From NCBI GenBank assembly GCA_002269645.1, contig NIVC01001778.1, positions 62,001 through 126,000 on the forward strand: a stretch of DNA of 64,000 bases, written 5' to 3'. This DNA is from Macrostomum lignano. Taxonomy: Eukaryota. The notes under the pieces were generated by a model. That model was not told the DNA's origin, made no database searches, and worked only from the letters and a program-made list of their open reading frames with translations. The position numbers and the translations under genes are program-made. Within the stretch, counting starts at the first letter, position 1; every line of letters starts with the position of its first letter. Shown here piece after piece: positions 49,522 through 61,234 of the stretch.

Positions 49522-49805
49522 CATACATGTGCAACAGTTGGCTGATTAGTACGATTTGGCAGCCAACCAAGGAAGTCACAAAAATGCCCGCCCAAAAAAT
49601 AACCAAGTAGTAGTACAAGTAGCTGATGAGGCATTTTGGCTTAATAAGACAGTTATAGTTACTCCTGCCATTTACCCAAAGTTGCGTTAATTTTGCTTTA
49701 GGGTTTTTTTTACATGTAAGTCACATTTTTGGCCAAAAACTATGTCGCTTTTTTGTTAAAACTAAGTCGCATGGCCAACCAAATTTTGGAGGTTGCGCAT
49801 GTATG
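49522..49805. mobile_element. hAT-type MITE, 284 bp
   Basis: TIR CATACATGTGCAAC versus revcomp CATACATGCGCAAC; exact 8-bp TSD CTTAGAGA on both sides. Confidence 0.85.
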
Positions 49806-50997
49806 CTTAGAGAGGTAGTTCTAGATATGGCTGAATGGTAAATGATAATGCTATCCTTTAGAATGTTTAATAGATAGGATTTGTTGATAAGCCACAATTT
49901 AGAGAATTTAGTAAGATGTTGATAGATTTGCCAAGTATAGTACTGCTAGTAATAGGCCACTGCCATTACCACAGTAATTTGTATATAAAATTTGTAAGAT
50001 ATAATTAGCTCAAATTAGTCTGACAACTCTTTTAATTAAATTCACTAAAGATTAATTAATGCTATCTAAGATCACAAAGGCTTGATAATAGATAAAGATA
50101 ATTATTGCAGTTTAATAAATATAATATAACTGTGAGTGTTAAATAGTAGTTAGTTTATTATTGTTTAACATTTAATTCCAAACTAAGTTATATAGCATGA
50201 AATTACTTATAACCAAAAGGAGATAATTGGCCTTTCTGTAGTATGGAGTTATAATTATAGAGCCTCAAGTATTGGAAAATAAGGAGAAAAAGATTATTTA
50301 AAAAGTCAGGGCTGCTATACACTCTGTGTGAGAATATGTATGAGTTTGTGTCTGCATATAGGCAGAATTGTCTCAATGCTAATTGTGGGACAACATAAAA
50401 TTATTGTGAATAATATTAATATGCTCAGAGTAAACTTAATCTGGTTTTAACAAATTAGAATTGCAGTTCCATTTGGCATCCAGGGTGCAGACTTAATGAT
50501 TCCATTGTCAGGACACCATATTAAAAACCAGCTGGTATTTGGTCAATAAAATTCAAAGCAATCAAAATACCAACAGCTCTACCCAACCCTTTACACTGCT
50601 GAGCCTTTCTGATCACTCAGAAGTTGCAAAAGTCCTACAGGCTCTATGTTTACAGATTAATGAAAATTGAAAATTGATAAGATGTCTTAAAGTTAAAAAA
50701 ATCCCAATAGTTATAAAAAACATACATGCACAACCCCCTGATTTACACTGGCCATGTGACTTACCTGTGAAAGAAACCCTTAAACAAAATTTTGGGTAAA
50801 CGGCACGAGTAATTATGACTGTCCTATTAAAGCTAAATGCCTCGGCATCTAATTAGTACTACGTCTATTTTTTGGGTGGCATTTTTGCGACTTACCTTGG
50901 CTGGGTCACTCATCAGCCAGCATGTATGCTATAAAACAATAGTAGGGCTTGTTATCCTAGATTAGCCTCCATATTTGCACCTGATGCCTGTTCAACA

Positions 50998-51441
50998 ATG
51001 ACTGTTAAGCGTCGCAATCACGGACGTAGCAAGAAGGGCCGCGGCCACGTGCGCTGTGTTCGCTGCACCAACTGCGGCCGGTGCACGCCTAAAGATAAAT
51101 CTATTAAGAAATTCATCATCCGCAACATTGTTGAAGCCGCCGCTGTCAGGGACATCAACGAGAACTCCGTGTACGAGGCCAACACCTACGCCCTGCCGAA
51201 GCTGTACGCCAAGCTGCAGTATTGCGTCAGCTGCGCTATCCACTCCAAGGTGGTGCGCAACCGATCGCACGAGGCCCGTAGAGATCGCACTCCGCCGCCA
51301 CGGTTTGGCGGTGGCGGTGGCCCGCGAGCCCCTGGCGGCCCCGGCGGCCCGGCTGGTCCTGGCGGCCGACCCGGCGGTCCCGGACCTTCGACTGGCGGCG
51401 GCCCCGGCGGCGGTGGCCCCGGCGGATTCGGTCGTCAATAA
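50998..51441 (+). CDS. RPS26: 40S ribosomal protein S26 (eS26) with an extended Gly/Pro tail; intronless CDS
   Basis: [71 protein letters not shown]; AATAAA overlaps the stop. Confidence 0.97.
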   Translation: MTVKRRNHGRSKKGRGHVRCVRCTNCGRCTPKDKSIKKFIIRNIVEAAAVRDINENSVYEANTYALPKLYAKLQYCVSCAIHSKVVRNRSHEARRDRTPPPRFGGGGGPRAPGGPGGPAGPGGRPGGPGPSTGGGPGGGGPGGFGRQ

Positions 51442-51719
51442 ATCAGCTAACAAAATAATGTGGCAATGAAGTGAAATAATAGCAGACAGAGATTTCCCAA
51501 TCTAAGGGACTGTTGGGCTGCCGAGTGATGGAAAACCCGTATGTGCGATTGTTTGGCTTGATTATTGAAGACATTTTCACTGTCCCGTGTTTTTCCACTG
51601 TGGAAGTAGACTGACTAGGTTTGATGTTTTTTGGATGGACAAACTGTTGCGTTGGCTTCTTTTCATAGTTCTTTTTTGTAGATTAGAATAATTTTTTGTA
51701 GGCTTTTAGAGACAGTTTT

Positions 51720-52165
51720 GACCCAGATACCCAGTTTCTTGGCCAGCCTCCCAGATCTTCAGTTGCTCCAGCCTCCCAGATCCCCAGTTGCTGGGCCAGC
51801 CTCCCAGATCCCCAGTTGCTGGGCCAGCCTCCCAGATCCTCAGTTGCTGAGCCAGCCTCCCAGATCCCAGTTGCTCCAGCCTCCCAGATCCCAGTTGCTC
51901 CAGCCTCCCAGATCCCCAGTTGCTGGGCCAGCCTCCCAGATCCCCAGTTGCTGGGCCAGCCTCCCAGATCCTCAGTTGCTGAGCCAGCCTCCCAGATCCC
52001 AGTTGCTCCAGCCTCCCAGATCCCCAGTTGCTGGGCCAGCCTCCCAGATCCCCAGTTGCTGGGCCAGCCTCCCAGATCCTCAGTTGCTGAGCCAGCCTCC
52101 CAGATCCCAGTTGCTCCAGCCTCCCAGATCCCAGTTGCTCCAGCCTCCCAGATCCCCAGTTGCTA
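51720..52165. repeat. ~28-bp minisatellite (CCAGCCTCCCAGATCCCCAGTTGCTGGG); family shared with 63200-63735
   Basis: Directly visible. Confidence 0.93.
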
Positions 52166-52333
52166 GACTGCCGCCACCTAAGAATCAGATGAACACATAA
52201 AGCTCCCACAGGCTTAAATCCTAAATCAGCTTATTTAGTTATCAGCTACATGTGAGCAGGTCAGCTTGCACACGTCATCCTGGCTACTCTTCTCGTTGCT
52301 GCATGCGCTCAGCCCCATCAGCCAGTCAAAATC

Positions 52334-53023
52334 ATGTCGAGCGGCGGCCTGACAGACGCGGACGTTGACAAGCAGATCAAACAGATGATGGCCTTCATTG
52401 AGCAGGAGGCAAATGAGAAAAAAGAAGAAATTGACAACAAAGCCGAAGAGGAGTTCAACATTGAGAAGTCGCGCATTACGCAACAGGAGCGAGTTAAAAT
52501 AATGGACTTCTACACGAAGAAGGAGAAGCAAATTGAGTTGCAGAAGAAGATTCAATATTCTAACATAAAGAATCAGGGCCGGTTGAAAGTTCTACTGGCA
52601 CGCGATGAGCATCTGAAATCCGTGCTAGAGGACACTACTCAGCAGCTGCGTCAGATCACTGGAGATCGGGCTCGATACGAGCAGCTAATCGAGAGCCTCA
52701 TCACCCAGGGCCTGTTCCAGCTTCTCGAACCCGCTGCCGTGGTTCGCTGCCGTGAAGCCGATACCGACATCGCCGAGAAAGCCCTCGGCGCGGCCATCAA
52801 TCGGTACAAAGAAGCCACTGGTAAAGAGGTGAAAGTGTCGCTAGATAAGAAGGCCTTTTTACCTGCTGACTCCGTTGGCGGTGTGGATATTGTTGGCAGG
52901 GAGGGCAAAATCCTTGTGTGCAACAATCTGGAGAGTCGACTGGAGCAAATTAGCCAGCAGATGGTGCCGGAGCTGAGGCACATCCTGTTCGGCCCCAATC
53001 CCAATCGGAAGTTTATGGATTAG
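52334..53023 (+). CDS. ATP6V1E1: V-type proton ATPase subunit E; intronless CDS
   Basis: LTDADVDKQIKQMMAFIEQEANEKKEEIDNKAEEEFNIEK..NNLESRLEQISQQMVPELRHILFGPNPNRKFMD. Confidence 0.96.
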   Translation: MSSGGLTDADVDKQIKQMMAFIEQEANEKKEEIDNKAEEEFNIEKSRITQQERVKIMDFYTKKEKQIELQKKIQYSNIKNQGRLKVLLARDEHLKSVLEDTTQQLRQITGDRARYEQLIESLITQGLFQLLEPAAVVRCREADTDIAEKALGAAINRYKEATGKEVKVSLDKKAFLPADSVGGVDIVGREGKILVCNNLESRLEQISQQMVPELRHILFGPNPNRKFMD

Positions 53024-53199
53024 AGCGGAGATTGGACACGATTTGAGTTCTTTAATTAAACTGAACGGAACTTTGCTCGTTTTCATTAATAATCCTATTG
53101 ATTGAGTCTGTTTAGCTTGAGTAGTTTTCCATGAGTAGTTTGTTAGTCAGTTACAAAACTTTCATGTGGGTCTATAATGAAGTTATTATAGCTTTAAAA

Positions 53200-53645
53200 T
53201 CTTCCATATGACGTCCTATTTGAACTGAGTAGACATTAAGTCATTCTAGAACTCAGTAGCTTATGACGTCATTTTAAAACTCAGTAGCCTATGATGCCAT
53301 CTTTAAACTCAGTAAACTCATTAGACCTGTGACGTCATTTTACAACCTTAGTAGATCTATGACGTCATTTTAGAACTTATCAGATCTGACGTCATCTTAA
53401 GGGAAGTTCTATTGTATGACGGCATCTAGAACTCAGCTGATATATGACGTCATCTAGAACTCGGCTGATCTATGACTTTGACCTTTGATCTTTGACCTCA
53501 GCTGATCTGTAACGTCACCTTAGATCTAGATCTATGACGTCATCTTAAAATAATCAGATCTGACATCATCTTAGATGAAGTCAGAGCTCCGCAGATCTGT
53601 GACGTCATCTAGAACTTGGCTGATCTATGACATCATCTTAGATCA
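53200..53645. repeat. Degenerate ~28-bp repeat carrying seven perfect TGACGTCA palindromes
   Basis: TGACGTCA at 53264, 53330, 53360, 53387, 53445, 53535 and 53600. Confidence 0.85.
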
Positions 53646-54581
53646 TAGCCAGTAAGCCAGGTTAAAAAAGGAAATGCAGTTATACCAAGCATACTACTAT
53701 TGCTGCATCGAAGTTCTGTTACGTGCGAATCAAACCATGATCACCAAAAATGTAGTAAACTATTATAATTTCTAACAAGCTTATGCTCAGTATGTTTTAG
53801 AAATTGAATTGAGTATCGAAAGTATGATTAAAATATCGTTTAATATTCTTGTTTCCATAAAAGCGCGCGCTTTCTACACTACTGCGCTGTCAGTGGTCAG
53901 TAGTGCAACTAGTTTATTTCTCCAAGCATAATAGCAGTGCAGTTGCGCTATGCTTTCTTGGTTTGTTTGCTGATTTTACATTAAATTATGCATAATTTCA
54001 ATGCTCATTGATTCCATTAAATATCCTATTAAGTTTACTACGAGCAATATGTAATAAATGCAATAGTTATCCCGAAGATATATTCTGACTTAGTATTTTC
54101 AATTTTATGATGCGAGAATTGTGACGTTTTAGTCTAGCTCTTTTTTGCGCAATATTTATTGAGTTATTGCTTATTTTGATGTATCCAAGGTGCAAGGTTC
54201 AAGTTTAGAGCAGATGGCAGATTGAGAGCACTAGGCTTTAACATAATTTTTTTTCAATTACTTGTTATCGTGTTATTACGAGCTATTTGTAATTTATTGC
54301 GCGGTGCCAATTATTTTATCTTCCCGTCTTCCTGGTTGCTGATTTCGTCACCTTTACAATAAAATCATTAAATATAACCTAAAATAAAATGCAGGATAAA
54401 CTAATTTAATTTAGTCTCAATATTGGTTTGTTATTGTGTCATCATTTTTCCATTATTTCCAATTAGTATGCTAAAATGTTTTGACTGCTACTGAATATTG
54501 TTGCCAGTAGGTTGGTGAGCATATTGATGTATTAATAATTTGAAAAAATCCCTTAAAATTCAGATTTTTTTTTAAAACGAC

Positions 54582-57500
54582 ATGTCTGCCAGCTACGGCG
54601 GTGAGCAGCAACAAGAGGAGGTCGCTGGTTCGAATCCTTGCTTGCCGCCGTCGCAGACGCCTCGCGGCCGTGTCGGCTTCTGCATGTGGATTGTGGGCCC
54701 ATTAATCTACGTTTGGGGCGGCTACGAGGTGCAGCGCAGGTTGCCGGCGAGCTTCTGGCCTCAGCCTGTGGCCTTCGGCGCCGGCGGAATTCATAATCAG
54801 CTGCAACAGCAGCAACTGCTGCTTCAGCATCTGCAACAGCACCTGAACGAGTCGGATTCTGACGATGAGTCCGACTCTGATGAGGACATTGACCAGCAGG
54901 AACAGCAGCAGCTGGCGCCCCAGCTGCCGCCACCTCCGTTTCCACTGGAAGAAGCATTCGCTGACGATATTGACGACGAGTTTGCTGATGACGAGTTTGT
55001 TGACGATGATGATGAGGATGATGTTGATCAGCCTGGTGAGTTCGTCTGGTTCATGCTTGAGTTATTGTTTTAGAATGCGCTTTTTTCCTTTGAATGTACT
55101 GCTGGTTTTTGCTTTTTGTTAAAATGTACTTTTATTTGTACTTTTAAAATGTACTTTTTAGGTTTTGTTGGAATGTGATTGCAAATCTTACAATAAAAAT
55201 TCCTTTTAAGACTTGTTATAATGTACTTTTTATGTTTCTTTTATGTACTTTTAATTTTTTGTTTAAATGTACTTTTAAGTTCCGTTAGAATGTACTTAAA
55301 AACTTTTGTCAGAATCTACGTCCAAGTTAATTACTAGGCTTTATTATATCTTTTCTATTAGTCTAATTTTTAATTTAGCATGACTGTCTTACTATCTATT
55401 GCTATTTGTACGTATAAATTTTCTTTTAAAAATGACTCACTGCTATCCTCTATTAATCACCTGCTAGCACCGCCACCTGCTGTCCAGAATCTTGGCGGCG
55501 GCATCAACAACGCCAATCAGCCGAATGCACTGCCAGCTCGCAGGCCGGATGTCTATCGCCAATCTACCTGGGTGCCAGGAGACCAACTGCTGTGCTATTG
55601 CACCGACAGTCGCAGATGGGTATGGCACGCTGCTGATGGATGTCGTACTGGGATTTTCACTGCCGATGCTCTCCTCCCTCAGATCCTTCAGTTTCTGATG
55701 CTCTCCTCCCTCAGATCCTTCAGTTTCTGATGCTCTCCTCCCTCAGATCCTTCAGTTTCTGATGCTCTCCTCCCTCAGATCCTTCAGTTTCTGATGCTCT
55801 CCTCCCTCAGATCCTTCAGTGTCTGATGCTCTCCTCCCTCAGATCCTTCAGTTTCTGATGCTCTCCTCCCTCAGATCCTTCAGTGTCTGATGCTCTCCTC
55901 CCTCAGATCCTTCAGTGTCTGATGCTCTCCTCCCTCAGATCCTTTAGTGTCTGATACTCTCCTCCCTCAGATCCTTCAGTGTCTGATGCTCTCCTCCCTC
56001 AGATCCTTCAGTGTCTGATGCTCTCATCCCTCAGGTCCTTCAGGACCTGATTCTCCTCTTTCAAAATCAGATCATTCAGGGCCTGGTTTTCTCCTTCCTC
56101 AGGTCCTTCACGGCCGCCGCTACCCTCAAACTACATCAACATGTTCCTTCCACCAAATTCAACAGGTGAAAATACGCCTGCATCTTGAAGGGCTTGGCAG
56201 CAACACCCATCAACTCCGCAATTTCCTGTCCGGTTTTTCCGGCTCAGCTTGCTGCTCAAACTCGGACGACACCAGACTGTACATAAGCGGCGGATTCAAT
56301 GAAACTGTTCACACTGCCCTGTCCGCAACTAATGCTATTTATTCTATTCACGTGAATTGCAATACGAGTAGGCAGACAGATGCCGCTGTTTATTCAGTTT
56401 CCTGTCAGTTTAGTATGGAGACGAGGTGAGTTGGCGCTCCTGTCATTGCTGCGCCCTAGCTGTTCTTGGGTGTCTGTGAAGGTTCAGGTCAGGGTGTCTG
56501 TGAAGGTTCAGGTCAGGGTGTCTGTGAAGGGTTCAGGTCAGGGTGTCTGTGAAGTGTTCAGATCAGAGTGTCTGTGGAGGGTTCAGATCAGAGTGTCTGT
56601 GAAGGGTTCAGATCAGAGTGTCTGTGAAGGGTTTAGATCAGGTATCTGAGGGTTCAGATCAGGTATCTGAGGGTTCAGATCAGGTATCTGAGGGTTCAGA
56701 TCAGGTATCTGAGGGTTCAGATCAGGTATCTAAGGGTTCAGATCAGGTATCTAAGGGTTCAGAATCAGATCAGGTATCTAAGGGTTCAGATCAGGTATCT
56801 GAGGGTTCAGATCAGGTATCTAAGGGTTCAGATCAGGTATCTAAGGGTTCAGATCAGGTATCTAAGGGTTCAGATCAGGTATCTGAGGGTTCAGATCAGG
56901 TATCTAAGGGTTCAGATCAGGTATCTAAGGGTTCAGATCAGGTATCTAAGGGTTCAGAATCAGATCAGGTATCTAAGGGTTCAGATCAGGTATCTAAGGG
57001 TTCAGATCAGGTATCTAAGGGTTCAGATCAGGTATCTAAGGGTTCAGATCAGGTATCTAAGGGTTCAGATCAGGTATCTAAGGGTTCAGATCAGGTATCT
57101 AAGGGTTCAGATCAGGTATCTAAGGGTTCAGATCAGGTATCTAAGGGTTCAGATCAGGTATCTAAGGGTTCAGATCAGGTATCTAAGGGTTCAGAATCAG
57201 ATCAGGTATCTAAGGGTTCAGATCAGGTATCTAAGGGTTCAGATCAGGTATCTAAGGGTTCAGATCAGGTATCTAAGGGTTCAGATCAGGTATCTAAGGG
57301 TTCAGAATCAGATCAGGTATCTAAGGGTTCAGAATCAGATCAGGTATCTAAGGGTTCAGATCAGGTATCTAAGGGTTCAGAATCAGATCAGGTATCTAAG
57401 GGTTCAGAATCAGATCAGGTATCTAAGGGTTCAGATCAGGTATCTAAGGGTTCAGAATCAGATCAGGTATCTAAGGGTTCAGATCAGGTATCTAAGGGTT

Positions 57501-59843
57501 CAGATCAGGTATCTAAGGGTTCAGAATCAGATCAGGTATCTAAGGGTTCAGATCAGGTATCTAAGGGTTCAGAATCAGATCAGGTATCTAAGGGTTCAGA
57601 TCAGGTATCTAAGGGTTCAGATCAGGTATCTAAGGGTTCAGATCAGGTATCTAAGGGTTCAGAATCAGATCAGGTATCTGTACCGGTAGGGTGTCTGTAG
57701 GTTCAGTCAGTGTGCCTAAACAGTAGGATGAGAAATCTATTTTCGTCGCTAAAAATCTTCGCAAAAAATCCTTCGCTATTTTAAATTGACGCAGGGGCCC
57801 GCCAGGCCAGCGGGTGCCCATGCCCCGGGACAAGCACAGTGCCATCTACTGGCGCAACCGTTTGTTAATATTTGGTGGCTACTGTTTGAATCCGCCAACA
57901 AATCTAATGAACTCGGTGAATTATTGCGGCTCTTCAATCAGTCTGCAGGACGTGTTCTTCAGTCCCGAGTGCTTCCAGCCTAATGACAGTTTGCGGTTCG
58001 CTTGGTCCAACGAATTGCTGCAGTTTGACTTAGCCACGGGCGCTTGGAGCCAGCTGCATCGTAATTATACTTACATATATCTCCAATATTCAATATTCAT
58101 GGTAATCCCCATCCCATGAAAATGCCTATATCCTTTAGTCCCTATCCCACGATAATCCCAAACTTCGTTAATCTCCATCAACGACAATCCCAATATCCGT
58201 TATCCCCCACCCACGATAATCCCAATGTTCGTTAATCCTCATCCCACGATAATCCCAATGTTCGTTAATCTTCATCCCACGATAATCCTAATCTCGTTAA
58301 TCCCATCCCATTATAATCCCAATGTTCGTTAATCCTCATTCCACGATAATCCCAGCCTTCGTTATCCCCCACCCACGATAATCCCAATATCCGTTATTCC
58401 CCACCCACGATAATCCCAATATCCGTTAATCCTCATCCCATTATAATCCCAATGTTCGTTAATCTTCATTCCACGATAATCCTAATCTTCGTTATTCCCA
58501 TCCCACGATAATCCCAGCCCTCGTTAATCTCCATCCCCCGATAATCCCAATATTCTTTGTTCATTATCCCACGATAATCCAATGTTCGTTAATCCTATCC
58601 CATGATAATCTCAATTTTCGTTACTCCCCATCCCATCCCATAATCCCATAAGACCCCCTATTCATATTCATACCCAGTTAATCCCCACGCGGCTCACCCT
58701 AACCTGTTGGCACCAACTGGATTTCAGCCGAAGGCACCCCGCCGACGCCTCGCGCCGCCCACTCGATGATTCGCGTTGGCTCTCGCGCCCTGCTATTTGG
58801 CGGCCGGGTCCTTGACAGGCGAACAAACGACCTGTTCTGCCTGTGCCTCGAGTCGCTTCAGTGGACCCGGCTGCAGCCGCAAGGCTCGCTGCCCGAGCCT
58901 CGGTCATGGACCACCTTTGTCCAGGTGGGACCAAGTCACGTGTTCTGCTTCGGCGGCTATCCTTGGGCTGATCCGCCTGCCGAGCTGCGGCCTTTTAATA
59001 ATTGCTTCCTGTACGACCTGGTTGGCAACCGCTTCCAGAAGCTGAAGGTAACGACTTTTCAATTTGTGTGTTGGGTCACGTCGGGTGAGGTCAGGGGTCA
59101 GTTGTGTTCAGGTTCAATCCAGGTCATTATTGGTTATGTGCGTTTTCGAAAATTAATCCAAGTCGCACGTTACGTTTGTATTCAGCGATCAGTCTTGGTC
59201 GGGGTGTGTAATTAAGGTCATTCCAGGTCAGGGTGTGTAGTTAAGGTCACTCCAGGTCAGGTTGTGTAGTTAAGGTCACTCCAGGTCAGGTTGTGTAGTT
59301 AAGGTCACTCCAGGTCAGGGTGTGTAGTTAAGGTCATTCCAAGTCAGGGTGTATAGTTAAGGTCATTCCAGGTCAGAGTGTGTAATTAAGGTCTCTCCAG
59401 GTCAGGGTGTGTAATTAAGGTCACTCCAGGTCAGGGTGTGTAATTAAGGTCACTCCAGGTAATGGTGTGCAATTAAGGTCACTCCAGGTAATGGTGTGCA
59501 ATTAAGGTCACCCCAGCCCATATCGCACCCCATCGCCCCCCAGCTGCCCGACCGGCCAGGCCTGCTGTGGCACGGCAGCTGCTCCCAGCTGGCCAATCGC
59601 AGCGCCTTCATCTGGGGCGGCTGCACCGAAGACATTATGCAGCAGGCCTATCGCCGCGACTTCAACTCAACCGTGCTGGAATTTCCTCGGCTGCTGGTGC
59701 CACCGCTGTCCGCTCTGTGCGCCGACCTGGTGGTCCGCTCGCCCCTGGTGTATCCGCTAGGGATGCTGAAATCGCATTGGCCAGTTACTAAGGAGCTCAT
59801 TCAGCGCCGGCTGCTCATGTCCGGCCCGCTGTTGGGCGGATAA
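54582..59843 (+). CDS. KLHDC2: Kelch-domain protein, KLHDC1/KLHDC2-like (CRL2 C-degron receptor family), ~583 aa; exons 54582-55035, 55468-55619, 56166-56425, 57795-58060, 58728-59047, 59544-59843
   Basis: Kelch GG motifs (IYVWGGY, LYISGGF, LLIFGGY, PRAAHS..LLFGGR..RRTNDL, PRSW..VFCFGGY, LLWH..FIWGGC) in KLHDC2 order. Five GT-AG introns with consistent phases. KLHDC1 versus KLHDC2 not resolved. Confidence 0.82.
55660..56050. repeat. 32-bp minisatellite in KLHDC intron 2
   Basis: CTGATGCTCTCCTCCCTCAGATCCTTCAGTTT. Confidence 0.92.
56470..57680. repeat. 21-bp minisatellite (TCAGATCAGGTATCTAAGGGT, with or without TCAGAA) in KLHDC intron 3
   Basis: Directly visible; explains the SDQVSKG ORF. Confidence 0.95.
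58130..58660. repeat. Diverged ~39-bp minisatellite in KLHDC intron 4
   Basis: CCCACGATAATCCCAAT..TTCGTTAATC units. Confidence 0.85.
59205..59515. repeat. 29-bp minisatellite in KLHDC intron 5
   Basis: TTAAGGTCACTCCAGGTCAGGGTGTGTAG. Confidence 0.9.
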
Positions 59844-59944
59844 ATTTGACACGGGCTTCATTCCTGGGCTCCCTGGTGGACTCATCCGCATTGGTTATTG
59901 CTGGAGTGTTGTACAGCTTGTCTAATCTCCTTGTGTGCCTCATC

Positions 59945-60750
59945 TCTGACCTGTCTCTCTCTCATCTCACCTGTCTCCCTCCCATCTCACCTGTCTCCCT
60001 CCCATCTCACCTGTCTCCCTCTCATCTCACCTGTCTCCCTCTCATCTCACCCGTCCCTCTCTCATCTCACCTGTCTCTCATCTCACCTGTCTCCCTCTAT
60101 CTCACCTGTCTCCCTCTCATCTCACCTGTCTCCCTCTCATCTCACCCGTCCTTCTCTCATCTCACCTATCTCTCATCTCACCTGTCTCTCATCTCACCTG
60201 TCTCTCATCTCACCTGTCTTCCTCTATCTCACCTGTCTCCTCATCTCACCCGTCTCTCTCTCATCTCACCTGTCTCTCATCTCACCTGTCTTCCTCTATC
60301 TCACCTGTCTCCTCATCTCACCCGTCTCTCTCTCATCTCACCCGTCTCTCTCTCTCTCTCATCTCACCTTTCTCCCTCTCATCTCACCCGTCTCTTTCTC
60401 ATCTCACCTGTTTCCCTCTAATTTCACTTGTCTCCCTCTAATTTCACTTGTCTCCCTCTCATCTCACCTGTCTCCCTCTCATTTCACTTGTCTCCCTCTC
60501 ATCTCACCTGTCTCCCTCTCATTTCACTTGTCTCCCTCTCATCTCACCTGTCTCCCTCTCATCTCACCTGTCTCCCTCTCATTTCACTTGTCTCCCTCTC
60601 ATCTCACCTGTCTCCCTCTCATTTCACTTGTCTCCCTCTCATCTCACCTGTCTCCCTCTCATCTCACCTGTCTCCCTCTCATTTCACTTGTCTCCCTCTC
60701 ATCTCACCTGTCTCCCTCTCATTTCACTTGTCTCCCTCTCATCTCACCTC
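59945..60750. repeat. 20-bp CT-rich minisatellite (TCATCTCACCTGTCTCCCTC)
   Basis: Directly visible. Confidence 0.93.
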
Positions 60751-61234
60751 TCTCCGTCAGTTTTCCAGCATAGGCAATGTACCTATCGCTGCAGATACAC
60801 AATAGACCAGCCGGCTTATGCAAGCGTATTGCTACCGCTTTACTACTTTATAATATTCAAGCACCAGCGTTGATTTTGTGTACATATCAAATTAAGAAGT
60901 CTTTGTTTTCTGTCCAATTGCTTGTGAAAAAAAACCTTGTTTGTTTTGCAGTTTCTATAAATTTTGTGATCATTGGCTTCAAAAACATTTTAACTACTTT
61001 ACAAAGATTTTTGATGGCAGTTATTGTTAGTAAGTACAATTTAGCAGCCTAATATATAAATAAATAATTGAATGATTGTTCATTTCATGTTAGAATACAA
61101 ATTGTCACTGCTTTCAAACTTCTTTACTGTTTTCTTCTTCAATAATTTTGTTCATTGTTTGTAACCAAGATTTAGTTAGGTTCACTCTAAATTGGTAAAA
61201 AAAAGTCGCTCTGGTATGCCAGAATCATTTTATT

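Noticed and set aside
52310-52333. ATCAGCCAGTCAAA upstream of the ATP6V1E ATG matches the 62-bp CPLANE1 intronic repeat
   Set aside because: Only 14 bp with no flanking similarity; probably coincidence.
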